Assembly (NCBI RefSeq): GCF_963921235.1
Contig: NC_086097.1
Location: 3,348,001-3,412,000 of the forward strand
DNA: 64,000 nt
Source: Mobula hypostoma
Taxonomy: Eukaryota
Direction of reading: 5' to 3'
A model generated the notes under the pieces. It made no database searches. It was not told the DNA's origin and was given only the letters and a program-made list of their open reading frames with translations. This document shows, in pieces, positions 49,465 through 62,532 of the stretch. Every line of letters starts with the position of its first letter. The stretch's first letter is position 1. The position numbers and the translations under genes are program-made.

Positions 49465-49945
49465 AGAAAAAGTTGACAAGGATGTTACCAGGATTACAGA
49501 ACCTGAGTTACGGGGAAAAGTTGAACAGGTTTGGACTTCATTCCCTGGAGTGTAGAAGAATGGGGCGGGGGGTGAAATTTGATCGGGGTATACAAAATTA
49601 TGAAGGGCCCAGGGTAAATGCAAGCACGCTTGTTTCCACTGAGATGGGATGAGCCCACAACTAGTGGTTATGCGTTAAGAGTGGAAGTTGAAAAAATGTA
49701 AGAACATGAGGGGAAATTTCTTCACTCAGAGGGTGGTGAGAGAGTGGAACAAGCTGCCAGCAGCAGTGGTGGATGCAAGCTTGATTTCAATACTTATGAG
49801 ATATTTGGACAGGTATGTGGATAGGAGGGGTATGGAGGGCTATGATCCTGGTGCACCTCGAGGGGACAAAGCAGATTAATAGGTCGGCATAGCCTAGGTG
49901 GGCTGTAGGGCCTGATCCATGCTGTAGTGTCCTATGACTCTATTG
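49465..49945 (+). mobile_element. CR1 3' fragment
   Basis: NFFTQRVVREWNKLP. Confidence 0.8.
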
Positions 49946-50604
49946 TCAGTGGGAGAACATGCCAATGCCAGACCCAGTATCCAAGGTCAGGATTAGACCC
50001 AGACTGCTAGAGCTATCAATGATCAGTTTGACTGGCACTTTCTGGCATCAGATGTAATTCTGGAAATGGACTGTGTGAAGAACTAAAAGTGAGATTACAC
50101 TAACTCCCGGTCAAGTGTGCTGTAGTACCTCCGTTGCAATGCTTTTGGGTCCTTACCACTACCCTTGTGTTCCCTCGAGATAGTACATCAACAATCAACA
50201 GTATCGATCACACACTGAGGAGCTGTGTAATGTCATTGGTTTCTAAAGGCAATCAGTATCATCAGATAGTCATTTCAAAGTCATTTTGCAGTGGACTTGC
50301 AAAATTTCTACTCTTTCATCTACAATATGGGAAACATCGGAACTGTCCTCTCAGCCTGAGATAACTGCACCAAACATGAAGCCAAAGTAAATGAGATCTG
50401 CCTGGATCCATCCATTTGCATAGACAATTACCTGATAATCCCTTTTACTGTTGGTTTTACTTTTACTCCTGTTTCATAGACAGGTATATATCTTAAAGCC
50501 TCTTAGATGCCACTATTGTATTTTTTTCCACCACTAAATATGGCAGTCTGTTCCAAACACCTACCAATTTTTTTACTCCGTGTAAAAAAAAATAACCTAC
50601 CTGC

Positions 50605-51005
50605 ACATTTTCCCCTCCTCCTTCTCTCTTCTTCAATTCCTCACTTTGGCCCCCCTGCTTTTGCCTCTTCTCCTCACCTGCCTATCACATCCCCCTCGTG
50701 CCCCTCCTCCTTCCCTTTCTCCCATCGTCCACTGTCCTCTCCTATCAGATTCCTTCCTCTCCAGCCCTTAGCCTTTTGCACCTGTCACTTCCCAGCTTCT
50801 CACTTCATCCCCTCTCCCCAACCCTCCTGGCTTCACCAATCACCTTCCAGCTTTACCTCCTTCCCCTCCTCCCATCTTCTCATTCTGGTATTTCCCCTCT
50901 TCCTTTTCTGCCCTGCTGAAGAGTCTCAACCAGAAACGTCGTCTGTTTATTCATTTCCATAGATGCTGCCTGACCTCCTAAGTTCCTCCAGCATTTTGTA
51001 TATGA
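50605..51005 (+). mobile_element. Penelope pLTR fragment
   Basis: Pyrimidine-rich tail plus CATAGATGCTGCCTGACC..GTTCCTCCAGCATTTTG. Confidence 0.7.
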
Positions 51006-51504
51006 CTTACCCTGCTCATCTCTTTTAAATATTCCCTCTTACACTAAATGATTGCCCTCTAGTACTTGAAGGTGTATACAGTATATGGGTATAGTATGAT
51101 GGATATGATTAATATTAATTGCAACCTAAACTATGACACATTGTCTCATTATTATTCAGCCCAACCACTGTTTCCTCTGAGCTGCACAGGTGCATGGCCA
51201 CGCAGTAACAGAAATGCTCCCATGCACGTAGCCTTTGTTGCCGTGCATCTGGAATTTTCTTTTATATAATGTTTTAATAAAGCTAAATGCTGTTTTCAGG
51301 CTATGTACAAAATTCCTGCTCAGAGCAATAGCTGGTCCGTGCAGCTGTAAAAATAAATGAGAGGGAATGTTGAATCTAATTCAGGTAAAACAAGTAATGC
51401 GGGCTGTGAAAATGTATCTTCATTTCTTGAAAAACTGGAAATGCTCAAAAACTAACTCATATATATAGATAGTTTCTTGGGCTTTTTTATTTGAATATCA
51501 GTAA

Positions 51505-51915
51505 AATCTCATTGGAGTTTATAAGAATGGGTGGGATCTCACGGAAACCTATCGAATACTGAAAGGCCTAGATAGGGAGGAAGTTTCCGAGAGTGGGAGA
51601 GTCAAGGACCAGAGGACAAGGTATCAGAATAGAGGGATATCCATTTAGAACAGAGATGAGGAAGAATTTCTTTAGCAAGAGGGTGATGAATCTGTGGAAT
51701 TCATTGCCACATATGGCCGTGGAGACCAAGTTATTGGCTATATTTGAAGTGGAGGTTGGTTGATTTTTGATTAGACAGCACGTCGAAGGTTATGGAGAGA
51801 AGCAGGAGAATGGGGTTGAGAGGGTTAATAAATCAGCCATGATGGAATGGCGGAGCAGACTCGATATACTGAACGGCCTAATCCTGGTCACAGTATGTCT
51901 TTTGGTCTGATGGTC
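51505..51915 (+). mobile_element. CR1 3' fragment
   Basis: GATGAGGAAGAATTTCTTTAGC..GAGGGTG motif; TGGTCT-type tail. Confidence 0.8.
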
Positions 51916-52814
51916 TAAACTAGAAACAGAGACAGGCACCCAGAGGCTATAGTTGTAAATTAGACGGGATAAATTTGCTCCAGCAAGGAATCAAACAGTA
52001 TGTGTGCTGCTTCTTGCACATATTTTCCACACAAAAAGGCAAGAATTATTGAAAGCCATAGTTGATGATCCCATAATTTGCAATAGGACCTCTGGACCGT
52101 GAGCAAATGGAGTAGTTGTCCGTGTTTATCCTGAACGTCTGACCCACACTTCCATTTACAGTGATTAACAATGAGCGTCTAACGAGAAGCCGCCCCACCA
52201 GGTTCAGGAACAGTTATTACCCTTTAAACATCAGGCTCCTGAACTTCACTCACCCCAGCATTGACGCCACCACCTGTGGTCTCACTTTGAAGGTCTCTTC
52301 GTCTCATGTTCTAGATATTTATTGCTTATGTATTTATTGTTATTATTTTAATTTTTTTTAATGTTTCTGCTGTATTTGCAAAGTGTGTTGTCTTTTGCAT
52401 ATTGGTTGTTTGACCGTCTTTGTTCTGTGTGATATTTCATTGATCCTATTGTGTTTCTTTGTTTTTACAGTCTATCAGAATTGGGTTTAGTATCCCAGCA
52501 TATGTTGTGAAGTTTGTTACTTTTGCAGTAGCCGTACAATGATAGCCCATAGAAAAAGAAAACTGTCAATTACAGTAAGTATATATTATATTAAATAGTC
52601 AAATTAAGTAAGTAGTGCAAAAAAAACCAAAAGTAGTGATGTAGTATTTGTGGGATCAATGTCCATTTAGGAATCGGATGGCAGAAGGAGAGAAGCTGTT
52701 CCTGAATCGCTGAGTGTGTGCCATCTGGCTTCTGTACCTCCTACCTGATGGTAACAGTGAGAAAAGGGCATGTCCTGGGTGTGGAGGTCCTTACTTATGG
52801 AGGTGGAGGTCCTT

Positions 52815-53472
52815 AAGGAGGAGGAGAAGATGGCGGCGTGACGCAGCTTGCGTAGCCTCTCCAGTGAATGATATCTGTAATCCGTCAAGTAGGGTGCCAT
52901 GCACAATCCTGATTTGATGGAAACTGATGTGAGAGAACAGAGGAACATCTGGAGAAACTTCTGAAATGCCTTTTTCACTGCCGCTGTTGATGTGTGGTCT
53001 GGAATCTCCGGAGGGGAAGGCCCCGAGTCCTCGGCTTTGCTTGTTGCTCGGCAGCCGGGACGAGGTCGAAGCGCTCAGCAGAGGATGGTGGTCGGAGGCT
53101 CGAAGTTTTCAGACGTACTCAGAGTCAGCTGTGGTCGGGTGCTTCCAATGCATCGACAATTTTTAGTGCCTGGTGATTATTTATGGCAGAGAGTTTCTCC
53201 CATCTGCCACCTGCTATCGGGGACTATTGGGAGTCAATAGGAACTTTGAGACTTTTTTTTACTGTTCCCATAGTCTGCTCTTTATCAAATTATGGTATTG
53301 CTTTGCGATGCTGTAAGTATATGTTATAATTATGTGGTCTTGTCAGTATTAGTCTTTGGTTTGTCTTGTTTTTTTGTGATTATCACTCTGGAAGAACATT
53401 GTATCATTTCTTAATGCATGCATTTCTCAATGACAATAGACGAGGACTGAGTGTCCCCATAATCTAATCTAA
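52815..53472 (+). mobile_element. Non-coding retroposon-like insert (GC-rich head AAGATGGCGGCG, (AATCT)n tail) in a minus-strand Rex1 fragment
   Basis: Abrupt compositional change; ends ATAATCTAATCTAA; Rex1-type sequence on both sides. Confidence 0.55.
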
Positions 53473-54219
53473 CCTTTTTGGGTCATTGCTTCTTAAAGAT
53501 GACCTGGATACTACGGAGGCTAGTTCCTGTGATGGAGCTGGCTGATTGAATACTCACGAGCAAATGAATCTCATGATGGCATGTAATGACGTATATGTAC
53601 ATTGATAACAATTTTACTTTGAAACTTAACTGTAAATTATATCTTAGAGTTTACGTGTAATTAATACTTCCTTGCGATGGGAAGACCTTATATAAGGAAT
53701 GTAAGTGTAATCTTAAAATGGAGAACTTGATTGAAGGATTACACTCAATACTGAAAAGAGAGGGAGTAGTTATTTATCGTTTCATCTTTCAGAATGTTGT
53801 TGACACATTCATTTCCCAGCCCTGAATTGTGCTCCAGTTGCTAGTGGCAGTGCATTTCACTCGGAAAGCCCAGCAGAGATTGTTCTTCCTACGCCAGCTC
53901 AGGAAATGTAACATCTCAGGGTGTATCCTGATGAATTGTTACTCAGCCATCATTGACAGTGTTGTGGCCACCTCTATCACCGATTGGTTTCCCGCCACCT
54001 CCTCCCTCTCCACGTCCAGGTTTCGGCGAGAAGAAAAGAGCTGGAATAATTACTGCCTACTCCTAGCTGTCACCTATTTACCAAATTGGCATCTGGGAGA
54101 CACTACACCAGGACTACATGTCATCTCCAAAGCTTCTTTATTGCAGCTGAGGTGCACCACTGTTGATCATCAGCGCGGAGGATATGTTATCACCAGTCCA
54201 CACAGTCTATCACCTGGGA

Positions 54220-54640
54220 CTGTACTCACTGGAATTCAGAAGAGTGAGAGGAGATCTTATAGAAACATATAAAATCAAGAAAGGGATAGATACAACATAG
54301 GCAGGAAAGTTATTTCCACTGGTAGGTGAGACTAGAACTAGAGGACATAGCCTCAAGATTAGGGGGGAGTAGATTTAGGATGGAGATGAGGAGGAACTGC
54401 TTTTCCCAGAGAGTGGTGAATCTGTGGAATTCTCTGCCCAATGAAGCAGTGGAGGGTACCTCAGTAAATATAGTTAAGACAAATTTGGATAGATTTTTGC
54501 ATAGTAGGAGAACTAAGGGTTATGGGGAAAAGGCAGGTAGGTGGAGATGAGTCCATGGCTAGATCAGCCATGATCTTATCGAGTGGCAGAGCAGGCTTGA
54601 TGGACTAGACGGCCTGCTCCTGCTCCTGGTTCTTATGTTC
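54220..54640 (+). mobile_element. CR1 3' fragment
   Basis: RRNCFSQRVVNLWNSLP. Confidence 0.8.
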
Positions 54641-55930
54641 TTGTATTTATTTATTTCGAGATACAGTGTGAAATAGACTGCTCTGGCCTTTTGAGCCACA
54701 TCATCCAACAACCCCCTACTTAACCATAGTCCAATCACGGGACAATTTACAATGACCAATTAACCTACTAACCAGTATATCATTGAAAGTCACTTTGTAC
54801 ATCACCTAAACAGAAAACAAGTGGAATATGGTTTTAGTTTAACAGAATGCTACACTCAGATGCATATTGAATAAATTAAAGCCTTTTTTACACTGGACTC
54901 CATTTGCCTTTGAAGTCAAAGGTAGAAATGCATTGGGTAGAAAAAGAACACATCAGTCACTTTGGTAAAGAAACTCTACTGACTCAACAATAATTCATTT
55001 GAAAACCGTACAATTAGATTAAAATGGCACAAACTGGAAATAAAGTTAATTGAAACTTTATTTAGAATGTTCTACTAAATGAAAAAAAAGGCAAATCAAA
55101 CAATACAAGGCTTTAGAAAAAGGTGGGATGAAGGTTATCATTCTGAATAATTGTATTGAACCTGTTCTGCCAATAATATTCATTACATAAAGATTATGTG
55201 CAAAGTTCAACAATTTAGTACAGTACATTGAAAGAAGAGAATACTATTCTAGCAAAGAACATCAGAATCAAAATTAAAGTACTGAGCCTCGAGCCTAATC
55301 TGACCCATACACACAATGACCAAGGAAAAAAAGTCGAATTAGTGGCTTGAAGGGTGTTTTGGGGAATTCAATTTCCAGAACCCCAGAACTAAGACTGAAA
55401 AGAGGTTGAGAGAGGTGGAGAGGGAAGGGGAGGGAGAAATTGAGAATGAATCATTTGGGACATACTCTAGATACACCAGAGTTCTGAAAGGTCTCAGCCC
55501 AAAACATCGACTGTTTAATTCATTTCCATAGATGTTGCCTCTGTTCCTTCAGCATTTTGTGTGAGTTGCTTTGAATTTCCAGCATCTGCAGATTTTCTTG
55601 TCTTTATGACGTATTCATTCCAGTGTCTGAGGACATTTAATCATCTGTGATGGGGATAGGGGTGGTTCTTAGCTATATCTTAAAAAAAGAGGGACAGCGA
55701 GGATTTGCATTAGAGTAAAGTTTCATATAATTTTAAATTTAGAACTGTAATCGACCTCTGTGGATCAACAAGGCTATTCTGCCCAATTACACCTATGTGT
55801 CCAATTAACCGAGTATCCGTATATCTTCTTTGGAATGTGGGAGGAAACCAGAGCACCCAGAGGAAACTCACAGTCATGGGAAAAACATTCAAACTCCTTA
55901 CAGACAGCGGCAGGCATTGAACTCTGGCCA

Positions 55931-56670
55931 ACTACCACTCTACCACACGGCCCCCAATATCTACCACACGGCCCCCCAATTCCTACCACACGGCCCCCCA
56001 ATTCCTACCACACAGCCCAATTCCTACCATACAGCCCCCAATTCCTACCATACAGCCCCCCAATTCCTACCACACGGCCCCCAATATCTACCACACAGCC
56101 CCCCAATTCCTACCATACAGCCCCCAATTCCTACCATACAGCCCCCCAATTCCTACCACACGGCCCCCAATATCTACCACACGGCCCCCCAATTCCTACC
56201 ACACGGCCCCCAATATCTACCACACGGCCCCCCAATTCCTACCACACGGCCCCCAATATCTACCACACGGCCCCCCAATTCCTACCACACGGCCCCCCAA
56301 TTCCTACCACACAGCCCCCAATATCTACCACACGGCCCCCCAATTCCTACCACACGGCCCCCCAATTCCTACCACACAGCCCCCAATTCCTACCATACTC
56401 TCCCAATTTCTACCATACGGCCCTCCCAATTCCTACCACACAGCCCCCCTAATTTCAAACCAAATAGCCCCCTAACATCTAACACACAGCCCCCTAATAT
56501 CTACCACACAGCCCCCTAATTCCTACCATACAGCCCCCAACATCTACCATACAGCCCCCATACAGCCCTCTAACATCTACCATACGGCCCCCCAATTTCT
56601 ACCATACGGCCCCCTAATTCCTACCATACGGCCCCCCGATTTCTACCATACGACCCCCTAATTTCTACCT
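55931..56670. repeat. 21-22-bp C-rich minisatellite, more than 30 copies
   Basis: Units AATTCCTACCACACGGCCCCCC and AATATCTACCACACGGCCCCCC with variants. Confidence 0.97.
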
Positions 56671-56753
56671 ATAAAAGGGAAGGTGAAGGGAACCGAGTGA
56701 AAGAGCACTTTGTGTGATGATAAGCAGAGTGTGGTTGTAAGTTTATGCTAGTT

Positions 56754-58605
56754 TAGAAACATAGAAACATAGGAAATAGGTGCAGGAGTAGGCCATTCGG
56801 CCCTTCGAGCCTGCACCGCCATTTATTATGATCATGGCTGATCATCCAACTCAGAACCCCGCACCAGCCTTCCCTCCATACCCCCTGACCCCTGTAGCCA
56901 CAAGGGCCATATCTAACTCCCTCTTAAACATAGCCAATGAACTGGCCTCAACAGTTTCCTGTGGCAGAGAATTCCACAGATTCACCACTCTCTGTGTGAA
57001 GAAGTTTTTCCTAATCTCGGTCCTAAAAGGCTTCCCCTCTATCCTCAAACTGTGACCCCTCGTTCTGGACTTCCCCAACATCGGGAACAATCTTCCTGCA
57101 TCTAGCCTGTCCAATCCCTTTAGGATCTTATACGTTTCAATCAGATCCCCCCTCAATCTTCTAAATTCCAACGAGTACAAGCCCAATTCATCCAGTCTTT
57201 CTTCATATGAAAGTCCTGCCATCCCAGGAATCAATCTGGTGAACCTTCTTTGTACTCCCTCTATGGCAAAGATGTCTTTCCTCAGATTAGGGGACCAAAA
57301 CTGCACACAATACTCCAGGTGTGGTCTCACCAAGGCCTTGTACAACTGCAGTAGTACCTCCCTGCTCCTGTACTCGAATCCTCTCGCTATAAATGCCAGC
57401 ATACCATTTGCCTTTTTCACCGCCTGCTGTACCTGCATGCCCACTTTCAATGACTGGTGTATAATGACACCCAGGTCTCGTTGCACCTCCCCTTTTCCTA
57501 ATTGGCCACCATTCAGATAATAATCTGTTTTCCTATTTTTGCCACCAAAGTGGATAACTTCACATTTATCCACATTAAATTGCATCTGCCATGAATTTGC
57601 CCACTCACCCAACCTATCCAAGTCACCCTGCATCCTCTTAGCATCCTCCTCACAGCTAATACTGCCACCCAGCTTCGTGTCATCCGCAAACTTGGAGATG
57701 CTGCATTTAATTCCCTCATCCAAGTCATTAATATATATTGTAAACAACTGGGGTCCCAGCACTGAGCCTTGCGGTACCCCACTAGTCACCGCCTGCCATT
57801 CTGAAAAGGTCCCGTTTATTCCCACCCTTTGCTTCCTGTCTGCTAACCAATTCTCCACCCACACCAATACCTTACCCCCAATACCGTGTGCTTTAAGTTT
57901 GCACACTAATCTCCTGTGTGGGACCTTGTCAAAAGCCTTTTGAAAATCCAAATATACCACATCCACTGGTTCTCCCCTATCCACTCTACTAGTTACATCC
58001 TCAAAAAATTCTATGAGATTCGTCAGACATGATTTTCCTTTCACAAATCCATGCTGACTTTGTCCGATCATTTCACCGCTTTCCAAATGTGCTGTTATCA
58101 CATCCTTGATAACTGACTCCAGCAGTTTCCCCACCACCGACGTTAGGCTAACCGGTCTATAATTCCCCGGTTTCTCTCTCCCTCCTTTTTTAAAAAGTGG
58201 GGTTACATTAGCCACCCTCCAATCCTCAGGAACTAGTCCAGAATCTAACGAGTTTTGAAAAATTATCACTAATGCATCCACTATTTCTTGGGCTACTTCT
58301 TTAAGCACTCTAGGATGCAGACCATCTGGCCCTGGGGATTTATCTGCCTTTAATCCCTTCAATTTACCTAACACCACTTCCCTACTAACATGTATTTCGC
58401 TCAGTTCCTCCATCTCACTGGACCCTCTGTCCCTTACTATTTCTGGAAGATTATTTATGTCCTCCTTAGTGAAGACAGAACCAAAGTAATTATTCAATTG
58501 GTCTGCCATGTCCTTGCTCCCCATAATCAATTCACCTGTTTCTGTCTGCAGGGGACCTACATTTGTCTTTACCAGTCTTTTCCTTTTTACATATCTATAA
58601 AAGCT
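56754..58605 (-). mobile_element. Young 5'-truncated CR1 LINE
   Basis: Uninterrupted ORF2 frame and (TTTCTATG)n tail. Confidence 0.95.
56851..58530 (-). CDS. CR1 ORF2 reverse transcriptase domain and C-terminus, 559 aa, lacking the endonuclease
   Basis: KSPGPDG, NYRPVSLTS, YLDFQKAFDKV, GVPQGSVLGP, KFADDTK with no stops; expression not shown. Confidence 0.85.
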   Translation of the reverse strand: MIMGSKDMADQLNNYFGSVFTKEDINNLPEIVRDRGSSEMEELSEIHVSREVVLGKLKGLKADKSPGPDGLHPRVLKEVAQEIVDALVIIFQNSLDSGLVPEDWRVANVTPLFKKGGREKPGNYRPVSLTSVVGKLLESVIKDVITAHLESGEMIGQSQHGFVKGKSCLTNLIEFFEDVTSRVDRGEPVDVVYLDFQKAFDKVPHRRLVCKLKAHGIGGKVLVWVENWLADRKQRVGINGTFSEWQAVTSGVPQGSVLGPQLFTIYINDLDEGIKCSISKFADDTKLGGSISCEEDAKRMQGDLDRLGEWANSWQMQFNVDKCEVIHFGGKNRKTDYYLNGGQLGKGEVQRDLGVIIHQSLKVGMQVQQAVKKANGMLAFIARGFEYRSREVLLQLYKALVRPHLEYCVQFWSPNLRKDIFAIEGVQRRFTRLIPGMAGLSYEERLDELGLYSLEFRRLRGDLIETYKILKGLDRLDAGRLFPMLGKSRTRGHSLRIEGKPFRTEIRKNFFTQRVVNLWNSLPQETVEASSLAMFKRELDMALVATGVRGYGGKAGAGF

Positions 58606-59104
58606 TATGTAAAGCTTATAAAAGCTTTAGTAGCATTTACAAGACAGAAGACCTGTTGGCAGCAACACATGGCCAAGACTTTGTGGTTAGCTCTGATAAC
58701 TGATGACATAGAGCCACTGGGGAGGAATAATTAGAACCATACAGCTCTTCAGCCCACAGTATTGTGCCAGACCAATGTGAGAGAAAATTCCTACAAGAAG
58801 GGTGGAGTATTGCATTGATTAATAACAGCTACATTGATCACATACATCATTTTGATAATCTTTTTCAACATTTTATCACAAAGATTATATAAATATGTTG
58901 CAGGCGGGACAGACATACGTTGTTCACATAGACTAGACAATTCAAACTGGAGAAGTTCAAATTTGCAACACGATGGGAACAGGACTTTGAGATGTAGATT
59001 GGATTAGTGATCTCATCATTGAGGTTTCTCTGGAAGAAATTGATCAGAATAAGAGTGAACTTGATGTTGATTTGAAAACAGACAAAAACCAAAAATGGAA
59101 ATAA

Positions 59105-59640
59105 AAATTACACACAAGAGATTTTGCAAATGCTGGAAATTCAGAGCAACATATGCAAAATGCTGGAGGGACTCAGCAGATCAGACAGCATTGATGAAGA
59201 TAAATAAACCGTCGACCTTTCGAGCTGAGATAGCTTTTCAATATTGGACTGGAATGGGGGAGAAGCCAGGTTACTTAGTGCAGGTACTGCGGTTAGTTAA
59301 GCAGGCAGATAGTGCTTGGCTGGGATGTGGGTGCTTTACAGAAGGGAAGTTTTGAAAACACAAGAGATTCTGCAAACGCTGGAAATCCAGAGCAACACAC
59401 CCAAAATGCTGGAGGAACTTAGCAAGACAGACAGCATCTATGGACATTAATAAACAGTCGTCATTTTGGGCTGAGACTGGGAAGGGAATAAAGCACCAGA
59501 ATAAAAAGTTATGGGGAGTGGGGAGGCGGACCAGTTAGAAGTATAAGATGATAGTTGAAGCCAGGTGGGTGGGAAAGGTAAAGAGCTTGGGTTAAATGAA
59601 TCTAATAGGAGAGGAGAGTGGATTATGGGAGAAAGAAAAG
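59105..59640 (-). mobile_element. Two degenerate Penelope pLTR ends
   Basis: ACACAAGAGATT.TGCAAA.GCTGGAAAT.CAGAGCAACA at about 59110 and 59359. Confidence 0.7.
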
Positions 59641-59719
59641 GAAAAAGATATGAGCTGGTTCAGATGCATTGGGAAAATAGTTTACTGTAAATGAACAATA
59701 GCAAACCCTTATAGAAATA

Positions 59720-60296
59720 TTTCACAATTTTTGTAGTTATATAGGACCCTGGTCAGACCCCACTTGGAGTACTGTGCTCATTTCTGGTCACCTCAGTATA
59801 GGAAGGATGTGGAAACCATAGAAAGGATGCAGAGGTGATTTACAAGGATGTTGCCTAGATTGGGGAGCATTCCTTATGAGAATAGGTTGAATGAACTCGG
59901 CCTTTTTTCCTTGGAGCGACGGAAGATGAGAGGTGACCTGATAGAGGTGTACAAGATAATGAGGCATTGATCATGTGGATAGTCAGAGGGTTTTCCCCAG
60001 GGCTGAAATAGCTAGCACGAGAGGGCACAGTTCTAAAGTGCTTGGAAGTAAGTACAAAGGAGATGTCAGGGGTAACTTTTTACGCAGAGAGCGGTGGGTG
60101 TGTGGAATGGGCTGCTGGCGATGGTGGTGGAGATGGATTCGATAGGGTCTTTTAAGAGACTCCTGGATAGGTACATGGAGCTTAGAAAAATAGAGGGCTA
60201 TGGGTAACCCTAGGTAATTGCTAAGGTAAGGACATGTTTGGCACAGCATTGTGGGCCGAAGGGCCTGTATTGTGCTGTGGGTTTTCTATGTTTCTA
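59720..60296 (+). mobile_element. CR1 3' fragment
   Basis: LVRPHLEYC-coding sequence; TTTCTATGTTTCTA tail. Confidence 0.85.
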
Positions 60297-60455
60297 ATTC
60301 TTCATGACCATCCACTTAGTGCAAATGAATTCTGTAGGAAAGGTGATCACTCCATCGTGAATCTGATGTTAAAAGGCTATAGCGAGGGAATGAACAAACT
60401 TGAAGATTTTAAAGAATTCAGTAAAGGATTGACTAACCAATGGGGGGGCGGGGAA

Positions 60456-60672
60456 CGTCGACTCAGACCATGAGAGGCCTGCGTCGGGCATTTTCATGCC
60501 TTACAAGGCGCAGATTGGAAGTCTGTGTGGGGCACCACTCCTCACACAGACACTAGAGCAATGTGTGATTAAGTGTCTTGCTCAAGGACACAAACACGGT
60601 GCCACAGTTCAGGCTCCAACTAGCGACCTTGAAATCACTAGACGAACGCCTTAACCACTTGGCCACGTCCCC
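60456..60672 (-). mobile_element. tRNA-derived SINE
   Basis: A box TGGCCAAGTGG, degenerate B box AGTTGGAGCC, followed by GTGTCCTTGAGCAAGACACTTAA core. Confidence 0.8.
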
Positions 60673-61039
60673 ACAACCAATGGAGAGGAAGATGGAAAAT
60701 GGCATTATTGTGATATAGAAAAGTAAAACTACATAAAGTGTGAACATAATTGTGAGATCCCAGAAGAGGAGACATTGCTAAATGAAGTAAGGACATTTTT
60801 AAGGCCTTTCAGCCAATGTATGCCTTTTATAGAAAATGCAGGAAATTTACCAGTAATATTGGACAAACAGGATTCCGATGAGACTGAAAATTTAGAGCAA
60901 TTGGAAAAATTAGAAGATTAAATGTTTTAAAAAATGCTTTGAATCTAATGGCCTGAAATTGTGGCATTCCAAAAGAGGTTGCTATGGTAGCAGCTGATTC
61001 ATTAATGGTGTTTTAAGGCTCTTAACAAGTACCCGGACT

Positions 61040-61237
61040 GCAGAAATTGTTATTGGAAGGGATGACAGAAGGAAAGAGGGAAAGAGGAAGGCAGCGAACC
61101 ACTTGGTACGATAATGTGAGGCAATGGACTGGGCTGAGATACGCTGAGGCCAGGAAAAGAGCGCGAGATCGAAGAAGATGGAGGTGCACAGCCGCCAACC
61201 CCGGATTCGGGACAGCACTAACCGACTGACTGACTGA
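61040..61237 (+). mobile_element. RTE-type LINE extreme 3' end
   Basis: EGKRERGRQRTTWYDNV...ARDRRRWR; (GACT)n tail. Confidence 0.75.
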
Positions 61238-62532
61238 AGGTTCTCAAACATGCTCACCAACCGGGAAGAAGGAAAAATGTATTCATGAAAGAAGTGAGAG
61301 AGATGGGAAGCAATTGGAAATCCATTGGCCTGCAAATTGCAAGGCCAGCTAACTACTGTCTTGTTGTGTGTGGTTTTTCATTGATTCTAGTACACTATAT
61401 TTTTCTGTACTTACTGTGAATCCCTGCAAGAAAACCAATCTCAGGGTTGCATATGTACTTTGATAATAAATTCACTTGAACCTTGAACTATTAATGAGGA
61501 CATTGTTATAAAGAAATCAAATTAGACGGAGGCCAATGTTTTACTGAAATTAACCAGGTCTGATAAGTCTAATGATTCTTTATAATGATATGGCAGGGCA
61601 GATTAATAGGGGAGCTGTGAATGTCATAAAACATTTGAAATGATAACACACCTGTCCATCTGCAGGTCAATAGGACAAAGTAAATTAATGGTTTGACACA
61701 GCCTAGATGGGCTGAAGGGCCTATTTTTGTGCTGTAGCCTTCTATAACTCTATTGATGTTAATAAAACGTTATAAAATAATTGGTGAACAGAAAAGGAAG
61801 AATGTTCAGACTGGCAAACGATTATTGCGCTGGTTAGTGAGCCGGCAATCAGTACTGAGTCCTCTGCCATGTTCAGTTAACATTATTGATTTGGATGAAA
61901 TGATAGGGAGTACTGACTATACTCTGAAGAAAGGACACTCCTGCCTGATACCAGTGCGGAAGAGATTGACAAGATTAATTTCTGGGATGTGGGTTGTTCC
62001 ATGAGGATAGACAGAAAAGACTGACGCATTCTCATTGCATTCAAACAAATCAGAGGTGATTCCATTGAAGAACATGAGGTGAGAAATCGACATGATGTGA
62101 ACTGAGAAGCTGCTTCTTCTGGTTGGAGAGTTGAGAACTAGAGGGAATTGTTTCAGGGGAAGTGGTCAGCAAACTTGGACTGCGGGGACATTTTTACATG
62201 AAGGATGTGCTGAAACTCCCATGCTTAGAGATCAGATATATTCTATGCAAAGACCTTAAGCCTTTGACTAGCTAACTAGCTGCACAGAGAAATTGGGAAA
62301 GTAAAACTGAGAGGATCAGCTACTGATTTAATTGAATGAACTGGGGGGGGGGCCTGGAGTATTCTAAGTGGTTGCATCACTGTCTGGTATGGAGGGAGGG
62401 GCCACTGCACAGGATCAGAGACAGCTGTAGAAAGTTGCAAACTCAGCCAGCCCCATCCTGGATCATGGGCACTGGTCTCCCCAGCATCCAAGACATCTTC
62501 AAAAGGTGATGCCTCAGAAAGGTGGAACACTC

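Noticed and set aside
55760..56519. 230-aa Pro/Thr/His-rich mucin- or extensin-like ORFs
   Set aside because: By-product of a stop-free minisatellite that is open in several frames.
56851..58530. Domesticated reverse transcriptase gene
   Set aside because: The element tail and 5' truncation are present and there is no sign of a promoter or native start; recent insertion explains the intact frame.
60600..60672. tRNA gene
   Set aside because: Degenerate B box, no clean acceptor stem, and it continues into a SINE body.
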